This document shows, piece by piece, positions 50,901 through 60,220 of a stretch of 64,000 nucleotides of DNA (positions are counted from its first letter, which is position 1; each line of letters starts with the position of its first letter). The translations under genes were made by a program, and so were the position numbers. This stretch comes from Alphaproteobacteria bacterium (GTDB lineage: Bacteria > Pseudomonadota > Alphaproteobacteria > Micavibrionales > Micavibrionaceae), in contig RZZS01000001.1 of the NCBI GenBank assembly GCA_009929775.1, positions 31,297-95,296 on the forward strand, read 5' to 3'. Under the pieces are notes generated by a model that worked only from the letters and a program-made list of their open reading frames with translations, made no database searches and was not told the origin of the DNA.

Positions 50901-51911
50901 ATGGCCAACGACTACGAATGTGTCTCTTATACAACTGCGCGCGATGTGTTCCTGCAGCATTTGCAGCATGCGGGATCGCACGGGTTGCCGTCTTCCAGCG
51001 AGTACAGTCTTGAATCTGCATACCGGGCGGCGATTCACAAAGACGATTTTTCCGATTTGTCTTTTTGCCTGACGCGGGGGAATGAGGCGACTGCCTTTGT
51101 GTTTGCGCATAAGACGGGCGAACTCTGCAGCTACAATGGAAGCGGAGCGGAAATCCATTTTCTTGGCAATGAAAAAAACGATGCCGTGGCTGTTGTGGAT
51201 GTTCTTTCCCGCCGGGCAGGGCAGGAGGGACTGGAGGAGTTTTCTGTCGCTGATACCGGTTCGGCGGGGATTTTGTCTGCTCTCGGGGAAGTCTGCTTCA
51301 ATCTGGGCGGCATGCCACATGCGCATCTACGCGGTCTGATAGACCTCACCCAGGAAGAGGAGGCAATTAAGCGCAACATTCGGAAAAGCTATAAATCGCT
51401 TGTCAATCAAGGGCGGCGGGAGATGGAATTTGTATACGTCACAAAGGACAACCCGGATCGGAAATTATTCGAATCCTTCAGGCAGTTTCATATTTTGACC
51501 GCGGGCCGGGAAACTCGCCCGATCGAGAGCTGGGATGTGCAGTTCGCAATGATTGAGGCTGGGTGCTCGGAACTCGTATTGGGTTATCTGCCGGAGCACG
51601 GGCTGGTCTCGTCAGCCTTGTTTATGGACCATGGGGATTTTTCCAGCTACGCGGTTGCAGTTTATAATCGGGAGCTGTTCGCGGAAAAGCCACTTGCGCA
51701 CGCCAATGTTTTCGAGGGTATCGCGCGTGCGAAAGCGCGCGGAAAGAAGTGGTTCAATCTCGGTGTCCTTCATTCCAAGAGAGAACTTTCGGAAAAGGAG
51801 TTCAACATTGTCAAATTCAAAAAAGGCTTTTGCTCTTCTCTTGCTTGCTTTATTGAATGGACAATGCCTGCCCATGTACCAGAGCAAGTGATAAAAAATG
51901 ACTCAATTTGA
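50901..51911 (+). CDS. FemAB-like / GNAT-fold acyl(aminoacyl)transferase
   Basis: The C-terminal half has ARAKARGKKWFNLGV and EFNIVKFKKGF, as in the FemABX family. 336 aa. Confidence 0.55.
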   Translation: MANDYECVSYTTARDVFLQHLQHAGSHGLPSSSEYSLESAYRAAIHKDDFSDLSFCLTRGNEATAFVFAHKTGELCSYNGSGAEIHFLGNEKNDAVAVVDVLSRRAGQEGLEEFSVADTGSAGILSALGEVCFNLGGMPHAHLRGLIDLTQEEEAIKRNIRKSYKSLVNQGRREMEFVYVTKDNPDRKLFESFRQFHILTAGRETRPIESWDVQFAMIEAGCSELVLGYLPEHGLVSSALFMDHGDFSSYAVAVYNRELFAEKPLAHANVFEGIARAKARGKKWFNLGVLHSKRELSEKEFNIVKFKKGFCSSLACFIEWTMPAHVPEQVIKNDSI

Positions 51912-52632
51912 TTTCTATGGCCGGATTGCCGAGGCTGGCGTTGAAGAAACGCTTCAAAACGGACGTTATCTCACCCAGAAGGATGCGGAAGCCTTCGTGC
52001 CGGAAGATGTTAGCCGTAAGCTCTTGTTTGCTAGCGAAGATGTCGTTCTTGATATTGGTTGTGGCTTGGGGATCAACGCATTTCCGGCGAGCAGGATTGT
52101 TCGCGAAGTGACGTGTGTCGATCACGGGAGTGTCCTTAGCCGCCTGCGCGCGAAATGTTCCGGTGAAAACAATATCGTTTTCAAGGAAGGCGACTTTCTC
52201 GAATTGTCCTTTAAAGAAAAGTACACAAAAATAATCATGTACTGTGTTGTTCCCGCCCTTCCCGATATGGATGTTGTACGCTCTTTCGTCGATAAGGCCC
52301 TGTGCCTGCTTGAGCCGAAAGGCCTTATGCTGATCGGGGATATCGCCAATGTCGATAAGAAAAGGCGTTTTCAGGCGTCCGAACAGGGCAGACAATTTGA
52401 GGAGGAGTGGGCTCGGAAACGCGCTGATGAAAAAAAGACAGACCTGTCGCAATATATAAATGATAACAAGACCGTTGTTATGGGAGATGATGAGGTTATA
52501 GCTCTCCTCGGACAAATCCGGAGCCAAGGTTTCGACGCTTATCTACTGCCTCAGCCGAAGAATCTACCCTTTGGCTACACGCGTGAAGATATCCTTGTTG
52601 TTGGTCCGGAGTATGGAAATGAAGTGCGCTGA
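51898..52632 (+). CDS. Class I SAM-dependent methyltransferase
   Basis: VLDIGCGLGINAF motif I and LLEPKGLMLIGD motif. Confidence 0.75.
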   Translation: MTQFDFYGRIAEAGVEETLQNGRYLTQKDAEAFVPEDVSRKLLFASEDVVLDIGCGLGINAFPASRIVREVTCVDHGSVLSRLRAKCSGENNIVFKEGDFLELSFKEKYTKIIMYCVVPALPDMDVVRSFVDKALCLLEPKGLMLIGDIANVDKKRRFQASEQGRQFEEEWARKRADEKKTDLSQYINDNKTVVMGDDEVIALLGQIRSQGFDAYLLPQPKNLPFGYTREDILVVGPEYGNEVR

Positions 52633-54262
52633 CAGTCTGGAGCTGGATGTCCACAAAGTCGCGTATAGTCCAGACGGCGTAGAGGGCTTTTACTGGCCGG
52701 TCGCAGATGCTGAGAGAGCCTGCTTTGGCGACAACATCATCGAGTCCTATCCCAACATTCTCGCAGAATTATGCGCGCCGGACGACGAAAAGGCACCGTA
52801 CAGTCTTCTTTTTAAATACTTTCTAGCCGAAGCCGTCGCGATGTTTTGGGCAAGTCTCGTGATAAACCGATGCCGGTCATTGGGCCTGACGTTATCGTAT
52901 CCGGATCGCCTGCGGTATATTCCACATCTTTCGAGAGGGGAGGCCCCGCCGCTTTATTGTCTGGATGTTCTCCGGCGTCGTTCCAATAATGCAAAAAAGC
53001 TGTCCCGCCGCTTAACGTTTAACCGGCTGAGGCGAATCCTCTCGTTGTTGAAATTTGGTTCGTCGGGGGTTCGTGTTGGTCCGCTCAAGGTAAAGCCTCT
53101 TACTCGCTCTGTCTTGAAGAATGATGTTGTCGCGACCCAGAGGTCCCCACTTATATATCGTCAGGCTAATGTGGAAGCAAAAGACGTTGTGTTTTGCCGG
53201 TCCGACAGATGGTTTTCCCCGGTTTCGGACGACGAGCTTGCCAAATTCAGCCAGTTGGGTCTGGTAGAATTCGAAAAGAAAATTATCGATATCGTGGAGG
53301 CCTTGTATAGTGAACACGGGCTTAAACTCGATGCACCTTGCAGAGATTATTTCCACAGTCTTCTGTCTCAGGGATCGGCATGTTTTCGCGCGCACCTTGC
53401 ACGACTGGGGTCGCTGCCCGATGAGGAACTTCCGAATAATGTCTGGACAGGAAGTGGCGGCAATGTCTGGGATTGTATGCTGCGTTTTGCTGTGATGCGA
53501 AAAGGCGGGGTGGCTACTGGGCACGACCACGGTGCCGGGCTTGCGCATGTCGACAATGCTATGATTTCGCTTATTGAATTCTGGGCTTGCGACAGGTTCG
53601 TGACGTTTAGCGAGGGCCAAAGGGACGAATTGCGGAGCAGGCAGGACACATGGCCGTCTTTTGCATCGGGATATAAAACAGAGATTCACTCCCCGAGTGA
53701 CGGAAAGGTGAAGGAAATCAGACATTTTTCTCACATGTCAGCTACTTCGCCTCCCATAAGAACAATCATGGTTCCTCCGCCGATTTATGATGGTGACAGA
53801 GGGCGAAATGGACCTTACTCCAGTGATATTGTGTATGCTGACTGGCAGGCGCAGCTTATATCTCGATTGTCCGGCTGGGGCTACAAAGTCATTCTGAAGG
53901 TGCACCCCGAATGTCGTGTCCTTCCGCCCCGGCAGTTTGTTGAACAGTTTGGCGCAAATATTGACTTGCGTCCGTTCGATCAGTTTATGTCGGATTCCGA
54001 CCTCGTGCTTCTGGATCATTTATATACATCCGTCTTTGAGGAAACGCTCGCCAGCAATTTACCAATGGTCATGGTGGATTATTACAAGCATCCTTGGACA
54101 CCGAAAGGAATGAAGCTTGCTGTTAAGCGCATTGAATTTGTGAATGCGGGGTTCAACGAGAATAACAAGGTTTGCGTCGACTGGAATGCTTTGAAGAAGG
54201 CAATCGAGGACGCGCCTTCCAAGCGCGACAACCATGAATTCTATCACTACTATTACGGGTAA
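52613..54262 (+). CDS. Hypothetical protein with GT-B-like C-terminal half (candidate glycosyl/ulosonic-acid transferase)
   Basis: ATG 52613 preceded by GGAG. The C-terminal part has GYKVILKVHPE ... SDLVLLDHLYTSVFEETLASNLPMVMVD. I recognise no family with confidence. Confidence 0.5.
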   Translation: MEMKCADSLELDVHKVAYSPDGVEGFYWPVADAERACFGDNIIESYPNILAELCAPDDEKAPYSLLFKYFLAEAVAMFWASLVINRCRSLGLTLSYPDRLRYIPHLSRGEAPPLYCLDVLRRRSNNAKKLSRRLTFNRLRRILSLLKFGSSGVRVGPLKVKPLTRSVLKNDVVATQRSPLIYRQANVEAKDVVFCRSDRWFSPVSDDELAKFSQLGLVEFEKKIIDIVEALYSEHGLKLDAPCRDYFHSLLSQGSACFRAHLARLGSLPDEELPNNVWTGSGGNVWDCMLRFAVMRKGGVATGHDHGAGLAHVDNAMISLIEFWACDRFVTFSEGQRDELRSRQDTWPSFASGYKTEIHSPSDGKVKEIRHFSHMSATSPPIRTIMVPPPIYDGDRGRNGPYSSDIVYADWQAQLISRLSGWGYKVILKVHPECRVLPPRQFVEQFGANIDLRPFDQFMSDSDLVLLDHLYTSVFEETLASNLPMVMVDYYKHPWTPKGMKLAVKRIEFVNAGFNENNKVCVDWNALKKAIEDAPSKRDNHEFYHYYYG

Positions 54263-54264
54263 GT

Positions 54265-55143
54265 ATGAAGATCGGTCTCGGAACGGTCCAGTTCGGTCTC
54301 GATTACGGGATTAGCAACAGCAACGGAAAAACGCCGCCGGACGAAGTCGGCGCTATCCTCAAGCTGGCCGTGGAAAAAGGTGTACGGGTTATCGATACTG
54401 CGCGGCTATACGGGGAAAGCGAGGACGTTCTCGGGAGTTCTTTGCCGGATAATCATGCTTTCGATCTCGTGACCAAAACCGTTTCGCTCAGGCGTGAGAC
54501 GATTTCGAAAGAGGACGTGGAGGCTTTCCGTGAGGGATTTCATGTCTCGCTTGAAAAACTTGAGCAACCACAGATATTCGGTTTGCTCGCGCATCATGCC
54601 GATGATGTGCTGGCGCCAGGTGGTGCGCGTCTGTTTGAGGTGATGCAGGATTTCAGGAGCGCTGGTCTGGTACGCAAGATCGGAGCTTCGATTTATGACG
54701 GGACGCAAATAGATTTTTTGCTTGATCGCTTTGACATCGATCTTGTCCAGTTGCCGCTTAACGTTTTCGACCAACGCCTGATCGCCGGGGGACATCTCGA
54801 CAAGCTCAAAGCGAGGGGGGTCGAGATCCACGTTCGCTCGGCTTTTTTGCAAGGGGCCGTGTTTATGAGGCCGGGGGCTTTGCCCCCAAAGCTCGCAGGA
54901 TTGCGCCCTGCGCTGGAGTTGTTTCACAAAGCGGTGGACGATTGCCGGTTATCGCCCGCGGCACTTGCCTTGTCGTTTCTTCTCGGTAACCCGCATGTCG
55001 ACAGTGTCGTGTGCGGCGTAAACAACATCCGGCAATTTCATGAGCTTTGCACTGCCGCCGAGGAGGGGAATGTCGCGGACAAGGAACTTTTTGACAAATT
55101 CGCAGTCAATGATCCAAAGTTGGTCAATCCGGTCAACTGGTGA
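54265..55143 (+). CDS. Aldo/keto reductase
   Basis: MKIGLGTVQFGLDYG, IDTARLYGESEDVLG and GASIYD. Confidence 0.8.
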   Translation: MKIGLGTVQFGLDYGISNSNGKTPPDEVGAILKLAVEKGVRVIDTARLYGESEDVLGSSLPDNHAFDLVTKTVSLRRETISKEDVEAFREGFHVSLEKLEQPQIFGLLAHHADDVLAPGGARLFEVMQDFRSAGLVRKIGASIYDGTQIDFLLDRFDIDLVQLPLNVFDQRLIAGGHLDKLKARGVEIHVRSAFLQGAVFMRPGALPPKLAGLRPALELFHKAVDDCRLSPAALALSFLLGNPHVDSVVCGVNNIRQFHELCTAAEEGNVADKELFDKFAVNDPKLVNPVNW

Positions 55144-55161
55144 ATTTAGGGGAGGATGTTA

Positions 55162-56481
55162 ATGTCCGTTGTAGCAAAAAGGATTGCCGGGTCGTCTGGG
55201 CGGTACAGTCGATCGGAAGAATTGCTGGCGAGAGCCGAGAAAACAATTCCCCTTGGCTCCCAGACTTTCAGCAAAAGCCGAACGCAGTTCCCGTATGGAA
55301 TTTCGCCCTATTTCATCGAGCGCGGCGAAGGCGGTCATGTTTTCGATGTCGATGGCAATGAGTATGTCGATTTCATTAACGGCCTTGCAGCGGTCACGCT
55401 TGGGTATAACGATCCGGATGTGACGGCGGCGGTGCGTGATCAACTCGAAAATGGTGTGATTTTTTCTCTCGCGCATCCGATCGAAATGCAGGTCGCCGAA
55501 AAAGTCGTCGAAATGGTGCCTTGTGCGGAGAAGGTCAGGTTCGGAAAGAACGGTTCCGATGCAACGGCGGGTGCGGTGAGACTGGCGCGTGCCTATACGG
55601 GCCGCGACCACGTTTTGGCTTGCGGTTACCACGGCTGGCAGGACTGGTATATTGGGGCGACGCCGAGGCACAAGGGCGTCCCGCAAGCGGTGCGGGATAT
55701 GACCCACATGTTCCCGTATGACGATCTGGGCGCACTCGACAAGCTTTTGAGGGACCATAACGATGAGGTCGCGGCGATCATTCTTGAGCCGATGAATGTT
55801 CGAGAACCTTCGGAAGGGTACTTGCAAGGGGTTAAGGAGCTGGCCCACAGGCACGGCGCTTTGCTGATTTTCGATGAGATCGTTACGGGATTCCGGCTTG
55901 CGAATGGCGGTGCACAGGAGTATTTCGGCGTAACGCCGGACCTCGCCACTTTTGGCAAGGGGCTTGCCAATGGCTACCCCGTCTCGGCAATTGCCGGGCG
56001 GGCTGATTTGATGGATTTGTTCGAGGAGGTTTATTTCTCGTTCACGTTCGGTGGTGAGACGCTCTCTCTTGCCGCAGCGCTTGCGACGATGACAAAGCTC
56101 CAGAGAGAGCCGGTTGTGGAGACCATGGCTCGGCGTGGAAAGAGGCTCAACGACGCGGTGCGCTCGCTAATCGCTGAAAACGGGTTGCAGGAATGGTTGA
56201 GCGTGACGGGTCATCCGGCATGGTCGTTCCTGCAGGCAAAAGATCACAAAAAATATGACAGTTTTGTTATCAAAACCTTTTTCCTTCAGGAAATGATGGA
56301 GGGAGGGATTTTGACGCTGGGGTCTCATCTTCTGAGCTACGCGCACACGGAGAAGGATATAGACCGGTTTATTTCTGTTTATGGTTCTTTTCTTGAAAAA
56401 CTGAAAGAGGCGCTCGCGAGGGGGGATCTGGAAGATCGTCTCAAATGCGAGCCGCTTCGGCCCTTGTTTAAGGTGCGGTAA
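55162..56481 (+). CDS. Class III PLP-dependent aminotransferase (glutamate-1-semialdehyde aminomutase-like)
   Basis: FIERGEGGHVFDVDGNEYVDF, LIFDEIVTGFRL and ATFGKGLANGYP (PLP Lys). RBS AGGGGAGG at 55148..55155 favours ATG 55162 over 55156. Confidence 0.85.
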   Translation: MSVVAKRIAGSSGRYSRSEELLARAEKTIPLGSQTFSKSRTQFPYGISPYFIERGEGGHVFDVDGNEYVDFINGLAAVTLGYNDPDVTAAVRDQLENGVIFSLAHPIEMQVAEKVVEMVPCAEKVRFGKNGSDATAGAVRLARAYTGRDHVLACGYHGWQDWYIGATPRHKGVPQAVRDMTHMFPYDDLGALDKLLRDHNDEVAAIILEPMNVREPSEGYLQGVKELAHRHGALLIFDEIVTGFRLANGGAQEYFGVTPDLATFGKGLANGYPVSAIAGRADLMDLFEEVYFSFTFGGETLSLAAALATMTKLQREPVVETMARRGKRLNDAVRSLIAENGLQEWLSVTGHPAWSFLQAKDHKKYDSFVIKTFFLQEMMEGGILTLGSHLLSYAHTEKDIDRFISVYGSFLEKLKEALARGDLEDRLKCEPLRPLFKVR

Positions 56482-56486
56482 AGCCC

Positions 56487-57545
56487 ATGATTTTCTTCAG
56501 GTGCGAAGCCTCGAATGCGATTGGCTTCGGCCATTTGAAGCGCTGTGCCATTCTGGCAAAGGCTCTGAACCAGGTTGGTGAAGCCGTGTCGTTTCTGGTT
56601 CCCGAAGGCGGTGAGCGGATGCAGGCGTTTCTGGCAGATCAGGCGTTACCGGTCATCACACTTCCTGCCCTCTCTTCTCTCGCTGAGGAAGTTTCTTATT
56701 ATCCGGGCGAAGGGAGGGCGATTGTTCTTGATCTTTTTCATGCCTTGAACAGGGACCGGCCAGAGGCTTTGAGCAGGTATTTAAAGCAACTCGACCGGGC
56801 TGGCTGGCAGGTTGTTTTCATCGACGGCATGTTTGGTGAGGCATTCAGGCAAGAGGATTCCCCGTGTCTTGCCGTCTGTGTCCAGCCTTATGTCGGGGCG
56901 GAACTGGACACCTGGCCGAAAAGCCGCTACTGGATCAGGGGCGGAGCTTATGCGGTGATGGATACGGTTTACAAAAACCGTCCTTCCAGAAGAATCAGGG
57001 AGAAAGCGGAAAACGTACTGATTACGTTTGGTGGTGCCGATCCGCAGGGATTGACGCCCTTCGTAATGCGGGCGTTCTCGGGAAGGGTGGATTTTCACTT
57101 TCGCGTTATCGTCGGGCCTTTCTTTTCTGATGCTCACAGACAGGAAATCGCATCGATTGCGGGTACCGCGCCGGGGCGGTACGAGCTTTGCAGCGGCGTA
57201 ACAGATCTTGTTCCGCATTATGATTGGGCCGATATTGCGCTTGGCGGCTCTGGGCTTAGCCGCTACGAATTTGCTGCGTGCGGATTGCCGTCGATTTTTA
57301 CGTCGATCTACGCGGAACACATGGTTAGCAGCGATATCTTCGCGGAGAAGGGCACCGGGGTTCATCTCGGTCTGTACAGCGAGCTTGACGCTGGCGCGTG
57401 GCGTAACGCATTATGCGAACTTGCGTTGTCTTACGGTGAGCTGTCCGAAATGTCACGGCGGGGGCAGGCTTTAATCGATGGCTGTGGTGCTGAGAGGCTC
57501 GCCGGTGAAATTTTCAGGATTTTTAATGGCACCCAAATACATTGA
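56487..57545 (+). CDS. pseG: UDP-2,4-diacetamido-2,4,6-trideoxy-beta-L-altropyranose hydrolase (PseG-like)
   Basis: N-terminal EASNAIGFGHLKRCAILAKAL is typical of PseG. GT-B-like fold, 352 aa. Adjacent to pseI. Confidence 0.75.
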   Translation: MIFFRCEASNAIGFGHLKRCAILAKALNQVGEAVSFLVPEGGERMQAFLADQALPVITLPALSSLAEEVSYYPGEGRAIVLDLFHALNRDRPEALSRYLKQLDRAGWQVVFIDGMFGEAFRQEDSPCLAVCVQPYVGAELDTWPKSRYWIRGGAYAVMDTVYKNRPSRRIREKAENVLITFGGADPQGLTPFVMRAFSGRVDFHFRVIVGPFFSDAHRQEIASIAGTAPGRYELCSGVTDLVPHYDWADIALGGSGLSRYEFAACGLPSIFTSIYAEHMVSSDIFAEKGTGVHLGLYSELDAGAWRNALCELALSYGELSEMSRRGQALIDGCGAERLAGEIFRIFNGTQIH

Positions 57546-58614
57546 AATTGATGGCAGGAAAATCGGGCCTGACTATCCGCCCTATATCATCGCAGAGCTG
57601 TCAGGCAATCATAACGGCGATATTGACCGTGCAAAAAAACTGATCGACGTTGCAAAAGAAGCCGGGGCGGACGCTGTCAAGCTACAGACTTACACGGCGG
57701 ATTCTCTTTCTATCGATACGGATCGCGAGGAGTTTATTATTCGCGGCAATGTCTGGGAGGGGCGAAACCTTTACCAGCTCTATCAGGAAGCGCACACGCC
57801 TTGGGACTGGCTGCCGGAGCTTTATGCTCACGCTGGCCGGGCCGAGATTACGATTTTCAGTTCGCCCTTTGACAAAAAAGCCGTTCAGGTTCTTGAAAGC
57901 CTAAATTCTCCGGCATACAAAATCGCTTCGAATGAGTTTGTAGACTGGCCGCTTGTCGAGGCGAGCGCGAAAACCGGAAAGCCCCTCATCATGTCGACCG
58001 GCGCTGCAAGCAGGCACGACGTTACAAAGACGGTGGATTTTGTTCGTACGCTGGGGGTTCGTGATCTTGTCATCCTGCATTGTGTCAGCGCTTATCCCGC
58101 TCCCGCGGAGACTGCCAATATCAGGACGCTTGTCGATATACGCGACAGTTTCGGGGTGCTTGCCGGATTTTCGGACCATACGCTCGGGACGCAGGCTTCG
58201 GTGGCAGCCGTTGCGCTCGGGGCCGTGATGATCGAAAAGCATATTACGCTCGACCGGAATGACGGCGGGCCGGACTCTTCTTTCTCACTTGAACCGCTGG
58301 AACTGAAGCGGCTGTGCGAAGAGGCGCGTTGGGCGTGGGCTGGGCTCGGCAGGGTTTGTTATGGCGGGGAGACGGATCTCAAAGCGAAAGGGATTTTTAC
58401 AAGGCAATATTGCACGCTTGCCGATATTCGCAAGGGCGATATTCTTCTCGACGAATACCGGGCAGAGGAAGGACCGGTGAATATAAAGAGCATTCGTGCG
58501 CCGCGAGACTGGGGCGGACTGCCGACGACCGACTACAGGAATATTGTCGGACGCCCGGCGGCGCACGACATTCCGAAACATTCTCCTTTAACTGCCGAAG
58601 ATCTCGGAGAGTGA
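57526..58614 (+). CDS. pseI: Pseudaminic acid synthase (NeuB-family nonulosonate synthase)
   Basis: IIAELSGNHNGDIDRAKKLIDVAKEAGADAVKLQTY, and a C-terminal SAF-like domain. pseBCFG context. Confidence 0.85.
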   Translation: MAPKYIEIDGRKIGPDYPPYIIAELSGNHNGDIDRAKKLIDVAKEAGADAVKLQTYTADSLSIDTDREEFIIRGNVWEGRNLYQLYQEAHTPWDWLPELYAHAGRAEITIFSSPFDKKAVQVLESLNSPAYKIASNEFVDWPLVEASAKTGKPLIMSTGAASRHDVTKTVDFVRTLGVRDLVILHCVSAYPAPAETANIRTLVDIRDSFGVLAGFSDHTLGTQASVAAVALGAVMIEKHITLDRNDGGPDSSFSLEPLELKRLCEEARWAWAGLGRVCYGGETDLKAKGIFTRQYCTLADIRKGDILLDEYRAEEGPVNIKSIRAPRDWGGLPTTDYRNIVGRPAAHDIPKHSPLTAEDLGE

Positions 58615-58617
58615 CGC

Positions 58618-59304
58618 ATGACACGCTCGCTTGTCATATTCGGAGCGGCTGAAGTCGCTTCACTCGCTAAATTCTATTTTTCGCATGACAGCGATTATGA
58701 AGTAAAAGCGTTTACAGTCGACGACGCATACGTCGGGAGCGATACGTTTGACGGTTTGCCAGTGGTCCCCTTCAGTGAAGTTACGAAAAAATATCCTCCG
58801 GGAACGCACCGGATGCATGTCGCCTTGTCCTATATGAAGCTCAATCAATTAAGGGCTGACAAATACGCGCAGGCGAAAGAGGCTGGTTATGAACTTGCTT
58901 CTTATATCTGCTCGAAGTCCGTTGTCTGGCCTGATCTCGGGCACGGAGACAATTGTTTCGTTCTCGAAAACCAGACCGTTCAGCCTGGCGTCCGTCTCGG
59001 AAATAACGTCATGCTCTGGTCCGGGAATCATATCGGACACGGCAGCGTAATCGGCGACCATACCTATTTCGCCTCGCATGTAGTCGTTTCCGGGCATTGT
59101 AAAATCGGACAGCGCTGCTTTTTAGGCGTTAACGCGACTTTGCGCGACTTTCTGACGGTCGGAGATGAGTGCTTTATCACCATGGACGCGTCAGTCGTCA
59201 AAAACGTTCCGGATAGAGCGGTCGTCCTCGGCAATCCGGCGACCATTCTGGAAGCGAACGACCGGAAGGCGCAGGCGATAAAGAAAAATTATTTCAAGCT
59301 GTAG
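58618..59304 (+). CDS. NeuD/PglD-family left-handed beta-helix sugar N/O-acetyltransferase
   Basis: N-terminal Rossmann-like LVIFGAAEVASLAKFYF, followed by hexapeptide repeats (GNNVMLWSGNHIGHGSVIGDHTYFASHVVVSGHCKIG). Confidence 0.8.
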   Translation: MTRSLVIFGAAEVASLAKFYFSHDSDYEVKAFTVDDAYVGSDTFDGLPVVPFSEVTKKYPPGTHRMHVALSYMKLNQLRADKYAQAKEAGYELASYICSKSVVWPDLGHGDNCFVLENQTVQPGVRLGNNVMLWSGNHIGHGSVIGDHTYFASHVVVSGHCKIGQRCFLGVNATLRDFLTVGDECFITMDASVVKNVPDRAVVLGNPATILEANDRKAQAIKKNYFKL

Positions 59305-59314
59305 GAACCGCGCG

Positions 59315-60220
59315 ATGCATTTTCCGAGAACAAAATGGCGCAAAATCGGGCTCGTGGTCAAGCCACAGGAAAATCTCTGGTGGATGCGCTCGCATGCGAT
59401 GTTACCGACACCGGAGCACATACGGGACAGTGTTTACAGGATTTACTTTGCCAGCAGGAACGATAAAAATCAGTCGCATATCGGCTTTGCGGTAATCGAT
59501 ATCAGGGAGCCTGAGCGCGTTCTGGAGTTCAGTGACCAGCCCGTCCTCGCGCCGGGTCGTCTTGGGACGTTCGACGATAACGGTGTTTTGCCGTCCTGCG
59601 TTATCGGGAACGGAGAGGAAACTCTTCTTTACACGATTGGATTCAAGCCGGGAGGAACGACGAGAATGGATCTGTTCGGAGGGCTTGCCGTTTCTTACGA
59701 CGGGATTTCTTTCAGTCGCTGGTCGGAAGCGCCGATCATAGAGCGTTGCCGCGTTAATCCTTTCATCAATACGGCGCCATGGGTCCTTCGGGAGGCAAGC
59801 GGTTACAGGATGTATTATGTTGCCGGAGTCGAATGGGTTCACGTTGATCTGCCGCGCTATAACATCCAGACGGCAATATCCTCTGACGGGAAGAATTGGG
59901 AGCGGAGCGGGATGGTTGCCATCGACTTCGCCGAACATGAAAACGCGCTGGCCCGGCCCTATGTCGTCAGTGAAGACGGGATATACCGCATGTGGTTTTC
60001 GTCTAAAGGCGATTTTTATTTGCCGCGCTATGCCGAATCCGAAGACGGCTTGAACTGGACTCGCTACGATGAGGCCGTGGGTCTGGCACCGTCGGCAGGC
60101 GGTCCTGACGAGGAAATGGTGTGTTATCCGGTTGTTCTAAAACACTTGGGACAACACGTTATGTTTTACAACGGTAACGGTTATGGGAAAAACGGCATTT
60201 GCGTGGCAGTCGAAGAATGA
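59315..60220 (+). CDS. Hypothetical protein, probable 5-bladed beta-propeller (GH32/43/130-like fold)
   Basis: Repeated blade-like segments (YRIYFASRN..., FDDNGVL, SYDGISFSRW, SSDGKNWER, SEDGLNWTR). Confidence 0.45.
   Translation: MHFPRTKWRKIGLVVKPQENLWWMRSHAMLPTPEHIRDSVYRIYFASRNDKNQSHIGFAVIDIREPERVLEFSDQPVLAPGRLGTFDDNGVLPSCVIGNGEETLLYTIGFKPGGTTRMDLFGGLAVSYDGISFSRWSEAPIIERCRVNPFINTAPWVLREASGYRMYYVAGVEWVHVDLPRYNIQTAISSDGKNWERSGMVAIDFAEHENALARPYVVSEDGIYRMWFSSKGDFYLPRYAESEDGLNWTRYDEAVGLAPSAGGPDEEMVCYPVVLKHLGQHVMFYNGNGYGKNGICVAVEE

Noticed and set aside
50757-51326. 190-aa N-terminal extension of the ABC exporter ORF (ORF track 49023..51326).
   Set aside because: The extension overlaps the divergent FemAB-like gene and has no TM or ABC features. 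ATG 50756 (MPIVGQPSF...) gives a normal ~577-aa half-transporter.
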